The notes below the pieces were generated by a model. It saw only the letters and a list, made by a program, of their open reading frames with translations, did no database searches and was not told the origin of the DNA. A DNA stretch of 64,000 nt, taken from the NCBI GenBank assembly GCA_004764695.1, contig SMSO01000007.1, forward strand, positions 1,054,001 through 1,118,000, in the 5' to 3' direction. Shown one piece after another: positions 45,659-57,400 of the stretch. Each line of letters opens with the position of its first letter. Within the stretch, counting starts at the first letter, position 1. This DNA is from Schizochytrium sp. TIO01. Its lineage: Eukaryota; Protista; Bigyra: Labyrinthulomycetes. The translations under genes and the position numbers were made by a program.

Positions 45659-46582
45659 ATGGCTCGACTGCTCTTTGCTCGCCCTCTCTCACTGGAGTGG
45701 TTGCACAAGCAGTCTGCTCGCGAGGCGAAGGGGTACAAGCGAGAGGATGCCGAGAAACTTGCTCTTATTTACCTCTCGAAGAGTGACGACTCTGCCTTTG
45801 TGTACAGCCTTGACGAAGTTTGGAAACTTGCGGGTTACAGTAGAAAGGACATTGCTAAACGAGCTATCTTCGGTTCGAAGTTACAGAGTTGTACAGGGGA
45901 AGGGCTTAAAAGGGGCGAAGAAGTAAAAAATTTTAAATACTATCACGAGAACGAAAATAAGAAAGGAATAACAAAAACCAAAACAGAAGTAAAAAACGAA
46001 GAAACGAAGAATGCTCCACCACCACCAAGGAAGCGCGTGCGCAGGCAGCACGGCGGTCACAATCGCGAGGATATCCGTATGACTCGCTTCGGGCTTGTGA
46101 AGTTCCTTCTCTCTGGGCGGACTCCGGCCTCCACCGCACTTGCACTCTTCTTAGTGAAACTTGGTTGTGCCCACCTTCGAGCTTTGTCTGATCCGGAGGT
46201 AGTGCTACCTAGCAGTTACTACGAGGAGCATGCAGATGCCCACGCAGAATTATTGAGTGACCTAGCTACGTGTCAAGCGGCGACAGGAGCGAAGACTTTG
46301 CACGACCAGACTGCGGATAGGCTTGCGCTAGAGCATGGAGGTAGGCGCGAGGTTGTGCTCTCTAGTGGCTCGCGTCCGGATGTCGTGACGGATGCTTATG
46401 TCATTGAAGTGAAGCCTTCGCGCGAGTGGATGCATGGCCTCGGGCAGGCCCAGGCTTACGCAGAGGAGACTGGCTTGGAGCCTTACCTCTTCCTGATTGG
46501 GCAGCCTAGCGAGCTAGCGAAAACTGTCTGCAGATCGAAGGGTGTAAAGCTGGGATTCTGTTTGCCTTCGCAGCCCTATTAG
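45659..46582 (+). CDS. MSV199/AntA-like DNA-binding domain fused to a PD-(D/E)xK endonuclease
   Basis: FVYSLDEVWKLAGYSRKDIAKRA..HGGHNREDIRMT..KFLL (large-DNA-virus-type N-terminus); REV..SGSRPDVVTDAYVIEVK..WMHGLGQAQAY nuclease. Confidence 0.8.
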   Translation: MARLLFARPLSLEWLHKQSAREAKGYKREDAEKLALIYLSKSDDSAFVYSLDEVWKLAGYSRKDIAKRAIFGSKLQSCTGEGLKRGEEVKNFKYYHENENKKGITKTKTEVKNEETKNAPPPPRKRVRRQHGGHNREDIRMTRFGLVKFLLSGRTPASTALALFLVKLGCAHLRALSDPEVVLPSSYYEEHADAHAELLSDLATCQAATGAKTLHDQTADRLALEHGGRREVVLSSGSRPDVVTDAYVIEVKPSREWMHGLGQAQAYAEETGLEPYLFLIGQPSELAKTVCRSKGVKLGFCLPSQPY

Positions 46583-47451
46583 CAGAAAGCACTGTCATTC
46601 TCGTCAAGTTGGAGCCCGCAAATGCGTCTCCCTCCATTGCTAAACTCTTCGCAAGAATAAAGACCTTCTCTCTCCGCGACTTCGAGCATGAAATCCTGGA
46701 TAGACTTGAAGACAGGCCCGTGCGCATCCACTCCAGCTTTGCGGTAATTGGCGTCCCCTGAGTGTGCGATCTCATGCACAAGAACCCGCATGGTGGAGTT
46801 CACAGGATCAAAATCGTTCGCGTTTTTGCGCAAACAGAGCTCAAACAGCATTCCTTTGCCACTGTTGGCACCCACAGTGGTCCCACCTGGCTGAAAGAGT
46901 TCTACGAGGAGCAGAGGCCGATTGAGGTGCTTCTTGAGGATCCTCTTCATATTTTCTGTGACCTCTCTGCCGTCCACGCTGTTCAAAGGTTTGCCTTCCT
47001 TTACAAGGTCGTCGATGCGTGCAATCAAAATCATGGCGCGCCTCTGGAGCCCTGCGAGATGGTTAGCAGCTTGCTCGTCTCCAGGGACCCCTGCAGCTAC
47101 GAAATAACCTTGGTCGTCTAGATCTGCGGTCTTCTTCAGCAATCTCGCTTTGCCGCTCTTGGCCTCGCCCATATTTTTTCTCACGAGAGACACAGCTTTG
47201 GTCCCTCCAGCTTCAACCACATTTTTCCCTATACTCACTTCTTCTCCTTCTTTGACCTGATCTCTCGTAAGGTTCTGTGGTTCTGCACTGACAGAAATTG
47301 AGGTGGGCGAGGCTAGATCAGAGTAATTGTCCGTCCAAGTTCTGTAAGCAACTACAATAGCAAGTAGCACAAGCATTGCGAAAATGATTGTGGCTCCGAA
47401 ACGGTATCCGCTGTCTCCTCCGTCGCCAGACCCGAGGTGTTGCGACGTCAT
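46579..47451 (-). CDS. WLM-like zinc metallopeptidase of the nucleocytovirus type, with N-terminal TM
   Basis: NSGKG..ELCLR..NSTMRVLVHEIAH..HGPVF..MLEVAEREGLY..ICGL matches the giant-virus WLM-like peptidase pattern. Confidence 0.82.
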   Translation of the reverse strand: MTSQHLGSGDGGDSGYRFGATIIFAMLVLLAIVVAYRTWTDNYSDLASPTSISVSAEPQNLTRDQVKEGEEVSIGKNVVEAGGTKAVSLVRKNMGEAKSGKARLLKKTADLDDQGYFVAAGVPGDEQAANHLAGLQRRAMILIARIDDLVKEGKPLNSVDGREVTENMKRILKKHLNRPLLLVELFQPGGTTVGANSGKGMLFELCLRKNANDFDPVNSTMRVLVHEIAHSGDANYRKAGVDAHGPVFKSIQDFMLEVAEREGLYSCEEFSNGGRRICGLQLDENDSAFC

Positions 47452-47624
47452 TCTTCTTCTTCTCTTTGGTTTTCTTTTTTTCGAGGTGGTGGTGATGAAT
47501 GTAACCCCCTTTCAAATTTGATGATTTGATATAATAATAATAATAATATAACAATGAAGAAAAGAATCAAAAAAACTGTATTTTAGTATTCAATTTAAAA
47601 TAAACAAATCAAGCAACCACAGCA

Positions 47625-48818
47625 ATGAACGCCCAGCGCGCTAATGTAGAGGTTGGTCAGATGGATTTGAATCCCTTCAATCCCAACGAAGCTCGCCAAA
47701 TGGGGCTCGTCTCCACACAGTTTGGTGTTTTTTCCACCCTGTGCCTGGCAGCCTCGGCTCTGGTGATCTATTCTATTGTCCATGCGGCGAGGTTCCAAAC
47801 ACAAGGAGGTCTGGAACCGACCACTTCTCTTATTTCTAGCTCTTCGGGTCCCTCAAATGAAACCTCTAGTAGTGCCCTAGCCGCTTCAGAGACCACCACA
47901 CCTACTCTAAGTGAGGGCAGGGAAAGAGCGGGTCTCATTTTACTAGCTACGGGAGCTTCTGCAATGTCGATTGTGCTCATTGTCATATCGTTTTTTGCAT
48001 TTGAAGCGCGTTCCGGCGTCAGCTCATCTCTGCACGTGCTCGCCTCCTTCTACGTAGCCTTTGCACTGCTTTTCATGATTGGTACAATAGTCTACTCTCG
48101 TCAGCTCGTAGTGATGGGAAAGTTTTATGCGTTTGCAAGTGCCGTAATGCTCGTTCTGATTGTCGCGACAGGCGCCTTCATGCGAAAGAGAATCGAGGAG
48201 TCTGCTTTGTGGCTGGCTGTTGTTGCTTTTGTGATAGGCGCGACGGCCTTTGGTATTGAATGGCCTTGGTGGAGCGCCTTTATTGTAGGTCTTTTTGCAG
48301 GTCTATCTGCTGCGCTTTGGGTTGGTCTTTCACCTGTGTTAAGCCTTACTGTGGGTTGCGCTTCGGCCGCTACGAGTTTGCTTGTAAAATTGCTAGATGA
48401 CGAGCATAAAGGAACCAATCGTGGCAGCATGATCGGCCTCATTGCTGGCTTCTTTGGTGTCTGTGCAATGCTTCTAGCAGGAATAGCTATTGTAGCGCGC
48501 CGCAGGCAAGATCCTTTCGGCTTTATTAAGACTACACAGGACCAGTTTACGACCCCGCCAGACTTTGAGTACCACAGCAAGTCAAATGAAGTTCCCATCA
48601 TTGAGCGGGGATTTGAAAATTACTTTGATGCTTTAGACAGAACTCACCGCCAGCTCCGCCAGCAGCACAAGGCGAGAGAGAAAGAAGAGGGAAAGGATGA
48701 AGATCACGCCGACCACCACAACGACGCCGGCGCAGAGCAAGCAGCGGAAGAAGAAGGCGATAACCACCACGATCGTTTCTGGCACACAGACGATCAAGCA
48801 GGTACACACGTTGTTTAA
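47625..48818 (+). CDS. Multi-pass membrane protein (~8 TM), unknown function
   Basis: 397 aa with many hydrophobic helices and a charged C-terminal tail. Confidence 0.8.
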   Translation: MNAQRANVEVGQMDLNPFNPNEARQMGLVSTQFGVFSTLCLAASALVIYSIVHAARFQTQGGLEPTTSLISSSSGPSNETSSSALAASETTTPTLSEGRERAGLILLATGASAMSIVLIVISFFAFEARSGVSSSLHVLASFYVAFALLFMIGTIVYSRQLVVMGKFYAFASAVMLVLIVATGAFMRKRIEESALWLAVVAFVIGATAFGIEWPWWSAFIVGLFAGLSAALWVGLSPVLSLTVGCASAATSLLVKLLDDEHKGTNRGSMIGLIAGFFGVCAMLLAGIAIVARRRQDPFGFIKTTQDQFTTPPDFEYHSKSNEVPIIERGFENYFDALDRTHRQLRQQHKAREKEEGKDEDHADHHNDAGAEQAAEEEGDNHHDRFWHTDDQAGTHVV

Positions 48819-49005
48819 ATAAAGAGATTACCTGTGTGAGGGAGGGAGTGAGTGAACAGAAAAAATAATATTTTTTTCTGGGCTTTAGAGAAAATAGGAA
48901 ATTTTAATAGAGAAAACAAAAAGACCTTGTTGTTCTATTAGAAATCAACGTAGTAAAGTATATTTAAAAAAGAAAAGAACGAAAACAAAAAAAACATCAT
49001 CAAAA

Positions 49006-49718
49006 ATGGATCAGGTCATGGATGGTTTGAATGACTTTGATCAGGTTTACCCTAGCATTGCAAGGGAAAAGAAGCTCCACGAGCGCAAAGAGCTCTTGGA
49101 GCAGCTACTCGAAGCCTTGGACCGGCAGACAGTTGAAAATCTCCGTGTTTCCGCAACTGGTGAAATTGTGAGGACAAAAGAAGAGACCGAGCATTTGAAT
49201 CAACAACAAAAGCTCCAACTTCGTCACCTCGACCAAAAGGAGCGAGGCTCGTGAATATGGACGACCTGCCTAAAGAAGGAGAGCTAAACGAATTACTCTT
49301 CGGGCGACCAGGTAAAAACATTGATTCCCCTGAGAATATTCCCACAGAGAAGCCGGCAATTGAATTCCAAACAGCTCGCCGAGTTGCAGATGGAAAGGCT
49401 TTTCACCGGCTCTACATGAACAGATTCCCGTGGGAGTTTCTGATCATCATTGGAATGCTTTCCTTCGCGTGCTTCTTTCTCTATCTTCGCATGCGCAGAC
49501 TCTCTTCGGCTGTGCTGCAAAAGCGGCGCAGTTTGCGTAGAAAGAAATCCTCGGTGCGTCAGGAATCGCACTTGGATTCCATTGATCTGAGAGAAATGAT
49601 CCGGGGTGAAATTAGAGCCGCTCTAGCTGTTCAAACGGCAAAACATGAGCCAGGAGCAGCGGTGACTACTACCAGAGACGCAATGCCCTTATTGCCGCCT
49701 ATCCGCGTATCTTCTTAA
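49006..49718 (+). CDS. Hypothetical single-TM protein, probably one gene split by a frameshift in an A-run near 49210
   Basis: ORFs 49006-49254 and 49251-49718; the second frame is open upstream (KAPTSSPRPKGARLVNMDD); TM FLIIIGMLSFACFFLYL. Confidence 0.6.
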
Positions 49719-52437
49719 TTTTCTTGGGCCGTGTGATGCCTCGGATATCTTGGATTTCTAGATCATTTCCTCGGCGCTTCCGCAAGCGCGGAACAACTTG
49801 CCTCCTCTGCTTTAACTTGTTTTGGTGCTCCGCGCGACGTTTTTCGTCGGCCTGTTTCACTTGCCTCTCTTTGCGATCAGCGGTTCGGTCTTCAACGGGT
49901 TCTCTTGCGAGCTCGTGTAGCAGGGGTTGCTCTTTCTCTTTTTGAGGTTTTTTGGGTTGCTGCTGTTGCCTTATTATTGGTTCGACCGGAGCACGTGGCT
50001 TAGTGTGAACAGGTTGTGGCTGTTGTTGCCTCTGCCCTGGTGTATCACTTCGATGTATGTTTTGGTAACTTTGTACTTGCTGACTGATTCTCGCAATCTC
50101 TTCGTTGGTCATAGGCTTTGGTGGTAGACTCTGCTGCTGCTGTTGGTTGTGGTAATGCTGCCGAGGTAACTGTGACTGTTGGTGATAAAATTGCTGTGGT
50201 TGTTTGCGGGGATACTGCTGCTGCTGGTGGTGGTTGTGGTAATGCTGCCGAGTCTGAGGCGGTTGCTGTGGCGGCTGTCGGTGATAAGGGGGTAGAGCAT
50301 GAGGTTGCTGCTGTTGCTGCTGCTGCCGCCCTGAAGATCCCGTGTAATTCATTCTTCGCAACCCATTCGACGTATCATCTTGCTTTATCGCTCTATTCCG
50401 AATTTGCAGAAACCGCCTCGTCGCTTCCTCTTTCGATAGGCTCGTTTCTGCTTGTCTGGAATATTGAGATCCGTTTCTTCGCTGTGGGGAAGGGGTTCTC
50501 TTTTTGCTTCTATTTGGATCTCTCTGTTCCGTCCTGCCCACTCGAGAATGCTCATTTCCGCTAACCTCGTTCTGGCGAGTCTTTGATGATAAAGTTGAAG
50601 CACCTGCAATACCTAAAGAAGCAAGGAAACCTCGGGATGCGGTAGCACCTGTTGCTGCTCCTTCTTGGAAATTCTGGTGTTTCCTGTTACCTGAATAGCC
50701 GTTGTCGCCTTGTTCGCGCTCGCCTACTTCACGAATGCTTTCCTGCCCCCTTCTTAATGCAGCTTGTTTCTTCTGCTCCTTGGCGTAATGCTTAACTCCC
50801 TGGTCGACCTTCTTTTGAAACTCAGTGAGGAAGTTGCGAGTCGAAGTACTGGCTTTGTCTACGGGCCCCCCTTGTCCCATGACAGAAGAAATTCCTTCGC
50901 CAACTGTACTCAGAATATCCGCTGCCTGGCGACTTCCTTGTTTTGCATAGCCGGATAGCTTATCAACGCCTCGAGCAAGATCGCTTGCAGAGACAACATA
51001 ATGCTTGCCGCGTGTATCCCTAAACCGGAAGTACCCGGATTGGTCGTTCTTGTGTACTACCGCCTCCTTGCCAAAGTCAATTCCGGAGCCAGGGAAACTG
51101 AATTGACTGCGATCCTTAAAGGATTTTACATCGACGAACTCTACCGGACTTCCGTCTCATTTCGCACCTGATGGGGAGAGTAAACTATTGAAACCATTCA
51201 AAGCTCTCGATCCTTGGGTATACATCTCACCAGCTAAACCATTTGATAGAGCTTTGGTCCCCTTTGATACCTTTTTCACCACTCCAAGAGCAAGCCCACC
51301 CCCGATAATGTTACCAAGTGCATCTACATTCGTATTCCACTGAGAGGTTCCGTTTCCAAAGAAGGAATTGTTGAAATTGTTCTCTAACTTCAGCACACCA
51401 GTGTTCAGTTCATGTCTCGCGGGATATATGTAAGGCATCATATCATACTGATGAGGTTGTTGTTGCTGTATGAGTTTATCCAAGCCTTTCATGCTGTCTG
51501 GGTAAGCGGATCCTTTGATACTTGGAAGCTCAGGACCGTTGACAGGATAAACCGATGGTCCTCCAGTAACAGAATCCGGAAGCTTGATTCTAGGCAACTT
51601 GGGATCTTGCAAAAGGTGGCGCTGTATTCTCAGTTGGCCCACAGTTGGTGCAGGAGGTCGCTCAGGGCCATTTCGCGCATAAACAGAGGGCGCAGGCGGT
51701 GTTTGCATTGAAGGCCTAAATCTATTTCGTTCTGGGTGCTGCAAGCGCTCCCTTTGTTCCCTTAATTGATCTGCTGTGGGTAAAGGGGGTCTTTCAGGAC
51801 CAAACACTCTCTGGTTCTGCGCTTGTGGCGCCCCTAACAAACTCTGCTGTTGCTCTTGTATCCGTTGCGGTTGTGGTCGGTCCAGGGCCTCTGGGTGGGT
51901 AGGTATTTCCCTCTGTGTATTACCACGGTTTCTATTGTTTCTGTAATTGTGAATGAGCCCTGCGAGGGATGCATAGAGATACTTTAGAAGGTTTCCAAAG
52001 TGTGAGACGCCGTTGCGAAAGACCCCAAAGAACACAAAGAAAATGAATGTTAGACCGAAGACCAGAAGCTGTAAGCCCGCAATTCTGTTATTCTGAATGA
52101 TGAGCACCAAGCCTGCAAGACAGGCCAGGACGCACATAAGCAAACCAATTAAGTAAACCACAGCGATATAGTCCTGGACCTTCCTGATTTTACTGTACCA
52201 CATTCTCACTTCCAGAAACGCCCAGGTTACAGCGCTACAAGCAATCAAGCTGATGAGAAAAATCTCGATGCATCGCCTTAGAACGTTCGCACTTGTGCTA
52301 TTCTGCTGCCTTTGCTCTGCATTGCCCGCCCTTTCGTAGAAAGCAAAGACGAAAATCAGTGCCACAGTAACAAGAAGCAGGGCAAACGAGCGAGTGCGCA
52401 ATTCATTGGTCCTCCTTACGAGGAAACTCTGATCCAT
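49699..52437 (-). pseudogene. ~910-codon membrane protein (4 TM plus Pro/Gln-rich tail) interrupted by one in-frame TGA at 51159-51157
   Basis: After ..SGAK-TGA the same frame stays open for 92 codons (DGSPVEFVDVKSFKDRSQF...GEGISSV) and runs directly into the ORF starting at 50880. Confidence 0.75.
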
Positions 52438-52526
52438 CCTTTACTTGTTTGTTTTTCTTTATATTCTTCTCTTTGTTTTGTTGTCGTCGCGTGTTGCCGT
52501 TTGTTGACCCCTTTTATCTTACACGT

Positions 52527-53048
52527 CTATAAAAAATTACTTTTTTCGTGTTGCGGATCTATCTGGTGATGATGATATTGTTTCGCTTTCAGAAGTCGGG
52601 CCCAAAATACAATAATGAGAACCACTTTCAGCAAGGCCATGAAGATTCCCCACACGATGACGAAACTTACTATCCTGACGTCCAGGGTCCTCGAGTTGGG
52701 AAAGAAACAACAGATTACACCCGTCATAAATAGCAAGAGGGTGGCTAAACATAAGTAGCGCTGGGAGATGCTAAGATTTACTTGCTGCTCAGGGATATAC
52801 TCCAGACCAGTACAAATTCGGAACCAGAACACACCAGCAGAGAGCCACGAAAAGACAAGTCCGTAAATGAGAATGTAAGAGAGTGACCTGTACAAGGCAT
52901 CCTCGGAAGAAGCATCCTCGAGTCTCTTGCTCTTATTTGCGACGCTGAAATAAAACACAGTCTGCCAGGTTAGAACCGCTGCAATTGCAATGATTCCAAG
53001 ACCCAGCACCACCTCGATCAGTGACAATTTGTTGGAATTCATGATCAC
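52527..53048 (-). CDS. 4-TM membrane protein
   Basis: 173 aa with four hydrophobic helices; topology like the N-terminus of the adjacent gene starting at 52437. Confidence 0.75.
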   Translation of the reverse strand: MIMNSNKLSLIEVVLGLGIIAIAAVLTWQTVFYFSVANKSKRLEDASSEDALYRSLSYILIYGLVFSWLSAGVFWFRICTGLEYIPEQQVNLSISQRYLCLATLLLFMTGVICCFFPNSRTLDVRIVSFVIVWGIFMALLKVVLIIVFWARLLKAKQYHHHQIDPQHEKSNFL

Positions 53049-53185
53049 CTGCCTGTTTTTCTCGTCGTTCTCACCTTTTTCTTTTTCTTTCTTTCTTTCT
53101 TTCTTTTTATTCTATGATTTTAGTCGTTTCTTCTTCTTTTTTAATATTTTCCCCTTTTTTCTCTCTTTTGTCCTGTTGTCATTAA

Positions 53186-53359
53186 TTATTGCATATTCTG
53201 CCAAGTATAGAGAATTGTCATGGCAGAAAGAAGTAGCGTCAATGAACATATCATGGGCCACCAGAGACGCTGGGTGTGCATTGTGATGATCATACAAATC
53301 ATCGCATAAATGCAGCAGGATACTGCAATGGTAACAATACCAGTGGTTCGCGAAGTCAT
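53186..53359 (-). CDS. Small hydrophobic protein (57 aa, two TM), below the ORF-track cut-off
   Basis: MTSRTTGIVTIAVSCCIYAMICMIITMHTQRLWWPMICSLTLLLSAMTILYTWQNMQ; flanked by AT-rich spacers and co-oriented with its neighbours. Confidence 0.55.
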   Translation of the reverse strand: MTSRTTGIVTIAVSCCIYAMICMIITMHTQRLWWPMICSLTLLLSAMTILYTWQNMQ

Positions 53360-53435
53360 TGGTTTGGTATTATTCCTTTTTTCTTTGTAAGCTTTTATTT
53401 CTTTTTTTGTTGCCTGGTTGATTCGCCCGCTTTTC

Positions 53436-54050
53436 CGGAGTGGTAAGGAGCTTAGATGTAGTACTTTTGAAAAGTACTACGTCTTAAATTGGAAAGTGTA
53501 CTAAAAGGCTATTTCTGGGCAAAGTCACGTACCCATACGGAGTGGTAAGGAGCTTAGATGTAGTACTTTTGAAAAGTACTACGTCTTAAATTGGAAAGTG
53601 TACTAAAAGGCTATTTCTGGACAAAGTCACGTACCCATACGGAGTGGTAAGGAGCTTAGATGTAGTACTTTTGAAAAGTACTACGTCTTAAATTGGAAAG
53701 TGTACTAAAAGGCTATTTCTGGACAAAGTCACGTACCCATACGGAGTGGTAAGGAGCTTAGATGTAGTACTTTTGAAAAGTACTACGTCTTAAATTGGAA
53801 AGTGTACTAAAAGGCTATTTCTGGACAAAGTCACGTACCCATACGGAGTGGTAAGGAGCTTAGATGTAGTACTTTTGAAAAGTACTACGTCTTAAATTGG
53901 AAAGTGTACTAAAAGGCTATTTCTGGACAAAGTCACGTACCCATACGGAGTGGTAAGGAGCTTAGATGTAGTACTTTTGAAAAGTACTACGTCTTAAATT
54001 GGAAAGTGTACTAAAAGGCTATTTCTGGACAAAGTCACGTACCCATACGG
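53436..54050 (+). repeat. Six tandem 102-bp units, each with an internal palindrome
   Basis: Units start at 53436, 53538, 53640, 53742, 53844 and 53946; nearly identical; each has GTAGTACTTTT-G-AAAAGTACTAC. Confidence 0.98.
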
Positions 54051-54479
54051 AAAGTAGTAGATGGGTCTTAGTAAAGAATTGTATGTGGTTTACTATGGAC
54101 TAAGTATTTTTGAGTAGAATTCCTGGTCAAAAGCACGGCAGAGACTTGTTGAAGACGGTGCTTGGCAATCTGGAGAGATTCATTAAGCCTTCAGACGTGT
54201 CTGAGGGGATCCACTGGGCCTGCAGCTACATTCGAATACCTCAAAAGTAATTCATCTAACTCGCAGCGCGCGAAATTGCTCTTTTGTTGGAGTTCTTGCT
54301 CAGAATAGGAACGATAAGGCGCGGAGCGCGCAATTTTGTGAATATTGAGGTTTTACAGGCCTTCCTGAGCACCCGGGCAGCCTGTAATGAAAACAGAGGC
54401 TGGTAAATAGACTCCCTCAATTTTTAGCCCCCAACTTTGAATAATTGATGGAGGTATAGCGGTTTCCATACCTGCGCAA

Positions 54480-57400
54480 ATGGCCTCCACTATGAGTTCT
54501 CCAACACCGATGGAGGAAGGACAACATTGCTTCAGTTCTAGCATGCAGCAGCCAGATGAATGTCAAACTCAAACGAAAATCCCCTTTCCAGGATACCAAG
54601 GCATATATGAATCGCTCTCCAAGACCCAGCGCACAGTGGAGAAACTTGTAAAACGCCCTGCTTTAGAAGAGGTCCACAACAATATTCCACCTATCCCAAC
54701 ACAGAACGAGGATGGGACTTTCCAGCAAGCACAACATAAATCAAGCCCTGATGACGCAAATCGCAAAAAGAAATGTACCCATGAAGGTTGCATCTACATG
54801 AGTGGCTCGGTGAATCACTTACAGCTCACTTGGATGAAAAAGATCTTGAGTAAAAAAAAGGTATTTTGGTCAGACCTTTGGTTTCACCCCCGCCTACCAT
54901 CCTTCAATAAGAATCCCGACATAACGGAATACTTCTATAGGAGTTTCATTATTTGGCACCCTCATAAGCAATTTGGCCTTGGGGACCCTAAATGCCCTAC
55001 CTGCGAAAAGGACTTGAAATGGAAGGAATACAGGTATCGAACAGTGGAAGGGTTTTCTGATACTCACTATGCAGCAATTGCGATATATAAGTGCGCAACA
55101 CCTACCTGTAATAGCTCTACTTTCAACTCCCTAACTGATGCGTTTTTGCTGAAAGTCCCTGACTCGGTAATGCTCTCTTGCCCAATCTATCCTTTCGCAC
55201 ATTCGGCAGTCACGATAGAGGTTGTGGACCTCGTCTTTCACTCTGTAAGTGGGGGGAATGGAGGTCTTGCAAAAATATCTTCCATTCTTGCTAATAACCG
55301 GCTTGGAACATACCTTCGAAAGGCTTGCCTTTGGATTGATCATGTCAAGGAATATACGAAGAAGCAACTTGCGTCAGTTTTCTCCAGGCCTGCTTCATCA
55401 TTTCAAACAACTCTGAATGGGCAGGAAGGGCAAACAAGCCAAACTAGCAGATCTTCCGAGCTTCCTAGGTATCCTGAGTTCCCGGAGTTCATGGATCACT
55501 GTACCTATAATGGCAGCCTTGGTCCCTCAAGGCAGAATCTAGCTGAAATATTTAAACATACAGTAGACGAGCACAATGAATTTTGGAAGCGCTATATGGG
55601 TGGAATTACTGGCTTCAAAATTGCAGCTGACCATCACCATAACGTGAGTGGACGAGCTACCATTCCAGGCGAAGGAATGAGTGAGCGCACTGTCCCTTTG
55701 CATGGAGTACACGCCTGGATGAATGAGCGGCAGCAAATCGGATCCTTTGTTGGTACGAGGTCGACTACAACTCAGGAACGCGATGCTGTAGCACAGGAGA
55801 TGAAAGAGAGATTCGAAGAGCGAGGCGAAAAGCTTGTTATTGCTTGTTTAGATAAATGTTGTCTAGATAGTTCGTGGATCCTTCAACATTTTCCTGATGC
55901 CACTCCGATTCTTGACAATGCGCACCTTATAAGTCGATACTTTAAGCCACTCAAAAATAAGCCTGAAATGACCGGAGCTATTGAGAAATTTAAAAGGGAC
56001 CTTTCCAAAGCTATAACAGGTACTTCCCAAAGGCAAAAAATGTTAAAAGGTGTCGAAATTTTTAAAAAAATCGAAAAAGTCATCGATGATCTCAAGACGA
56101 TGGAGGCCTCTCAAAATGTTCCACTTGATAAACGGATAGTCACAGAGGATTTACTGAAGGCTCACAGTGATCAACGATGCCATATAGAGCACTGTCTGGA
56201 CCTTCCAGAAAACTGTCCATGGGCTATACATGATCGTTTTATGCGATGCATGATACTTCGCGGCACGAACCAGCTCGAAAACTTTTGGAGACATCTACGA
56301 GCGGTAACTCCTGAGTCGTGTAGTTTGGAGTATGCATTCAACCTCTGGCTTGCTTTTATTACGTCTTGGAACTTTATGAGAGAGATACAGTTTGATAAAA
56401 GATGGGGCTACTTACCAATTTCGCCACTTCATATGGCTTTGACTCAGCATATAAAATTGGAGCACTGTGAAGGGTTGTTTGCACCGCCGCCAGATGGCGC
56501 TAAAGGTATTGCAGAGCTCTTTTGTGTGCTCCCTCTTGCCCGAGAGACTAGCCCTCACATGTTTGGAATCCCTCCTACCTTCGCATCAACAGGAGTAAAT
56601 CTCGCTGGTGAATCTATTGACCCTGCATTCGCTTCAGCAATTTTAAGTCTCTCTATAGGTGAAACAACAGTCTTTGATCATACTATCGAAAAAGCTTTGC
56701 AGCATTGGGTGCCACACAGCAGTGACAAACAAGCTCGAACCCAGCCATCAGAAGATACCCAATCAGTGAGCCAAGAAGCTGCTTCTGATACAGAAAGTGT
56801 TGAAGGGCAGTTTATTACACCTAGGATTCCTCCCCCACGGACCTCAACTAGTCTGATGAATCCCAGACGAACAGCATATTCCGCACGGGCAAAGAGAGCT
56901 GGAAAGGGTGCAGAAATTAGGATGGGTCATTCTAATACATCTAAAAACCGATCTAACAGGAGATCAAAGGAGACGGGAAACCCTGCAAGAATGCGAAAGA
57001 ACTGGTTTGGGAGTACTTTGAACCAGATCCAAACACTCGCTGTTCATGATGAGACACTGGAGCAAGTTCACATAGTACCCAGTCAGAATACCATCATACC
57101 CTTATCTTCCTTACAAAACTCTGTTGGGAAGACTCCTTCTATATTTTACCAGTTCCAGGCTTCACTCAATCCATTCGAAAGACGTTTCCTACGTTTCATT
57201 GTCCTTCATTACTATCCTTGGCGTGATTATCTGCCTAATGATCTTCGTCAGATAGACACAAAGAATATCAACTATCGACTCCTACATAAGATGTGGAATG
57301 CTTTTGTTAATGGGTTCCATCGAAGTGATAACCCATTCAAGACATTCATCAAAATGCACACACAGGTACAACTTAAAAATGCTCTAGAGGCCTATGTTGG

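Larger units (their letters stand above)
33772..53359. mobile_element. Endogenous giant-virus-like segment (similar gene content resumes at 60139-64000)
   Basis: Dense, intronless genes with short AT-rich spacers and overlapping convergent ends; WLM-like peptidase, two MSV199/KilA-like proteins and many TM ORFans. No capsid or polymerase hallmark gene in the window. Confidence 0.65.

Noticed and set aside
53436-54050. CRISPR-like appearance (palindromic repeat at regular spacing)
   Set aside because: The intervening sequences are identical rather than unique spacers; no cas genes; eukaryotic context.
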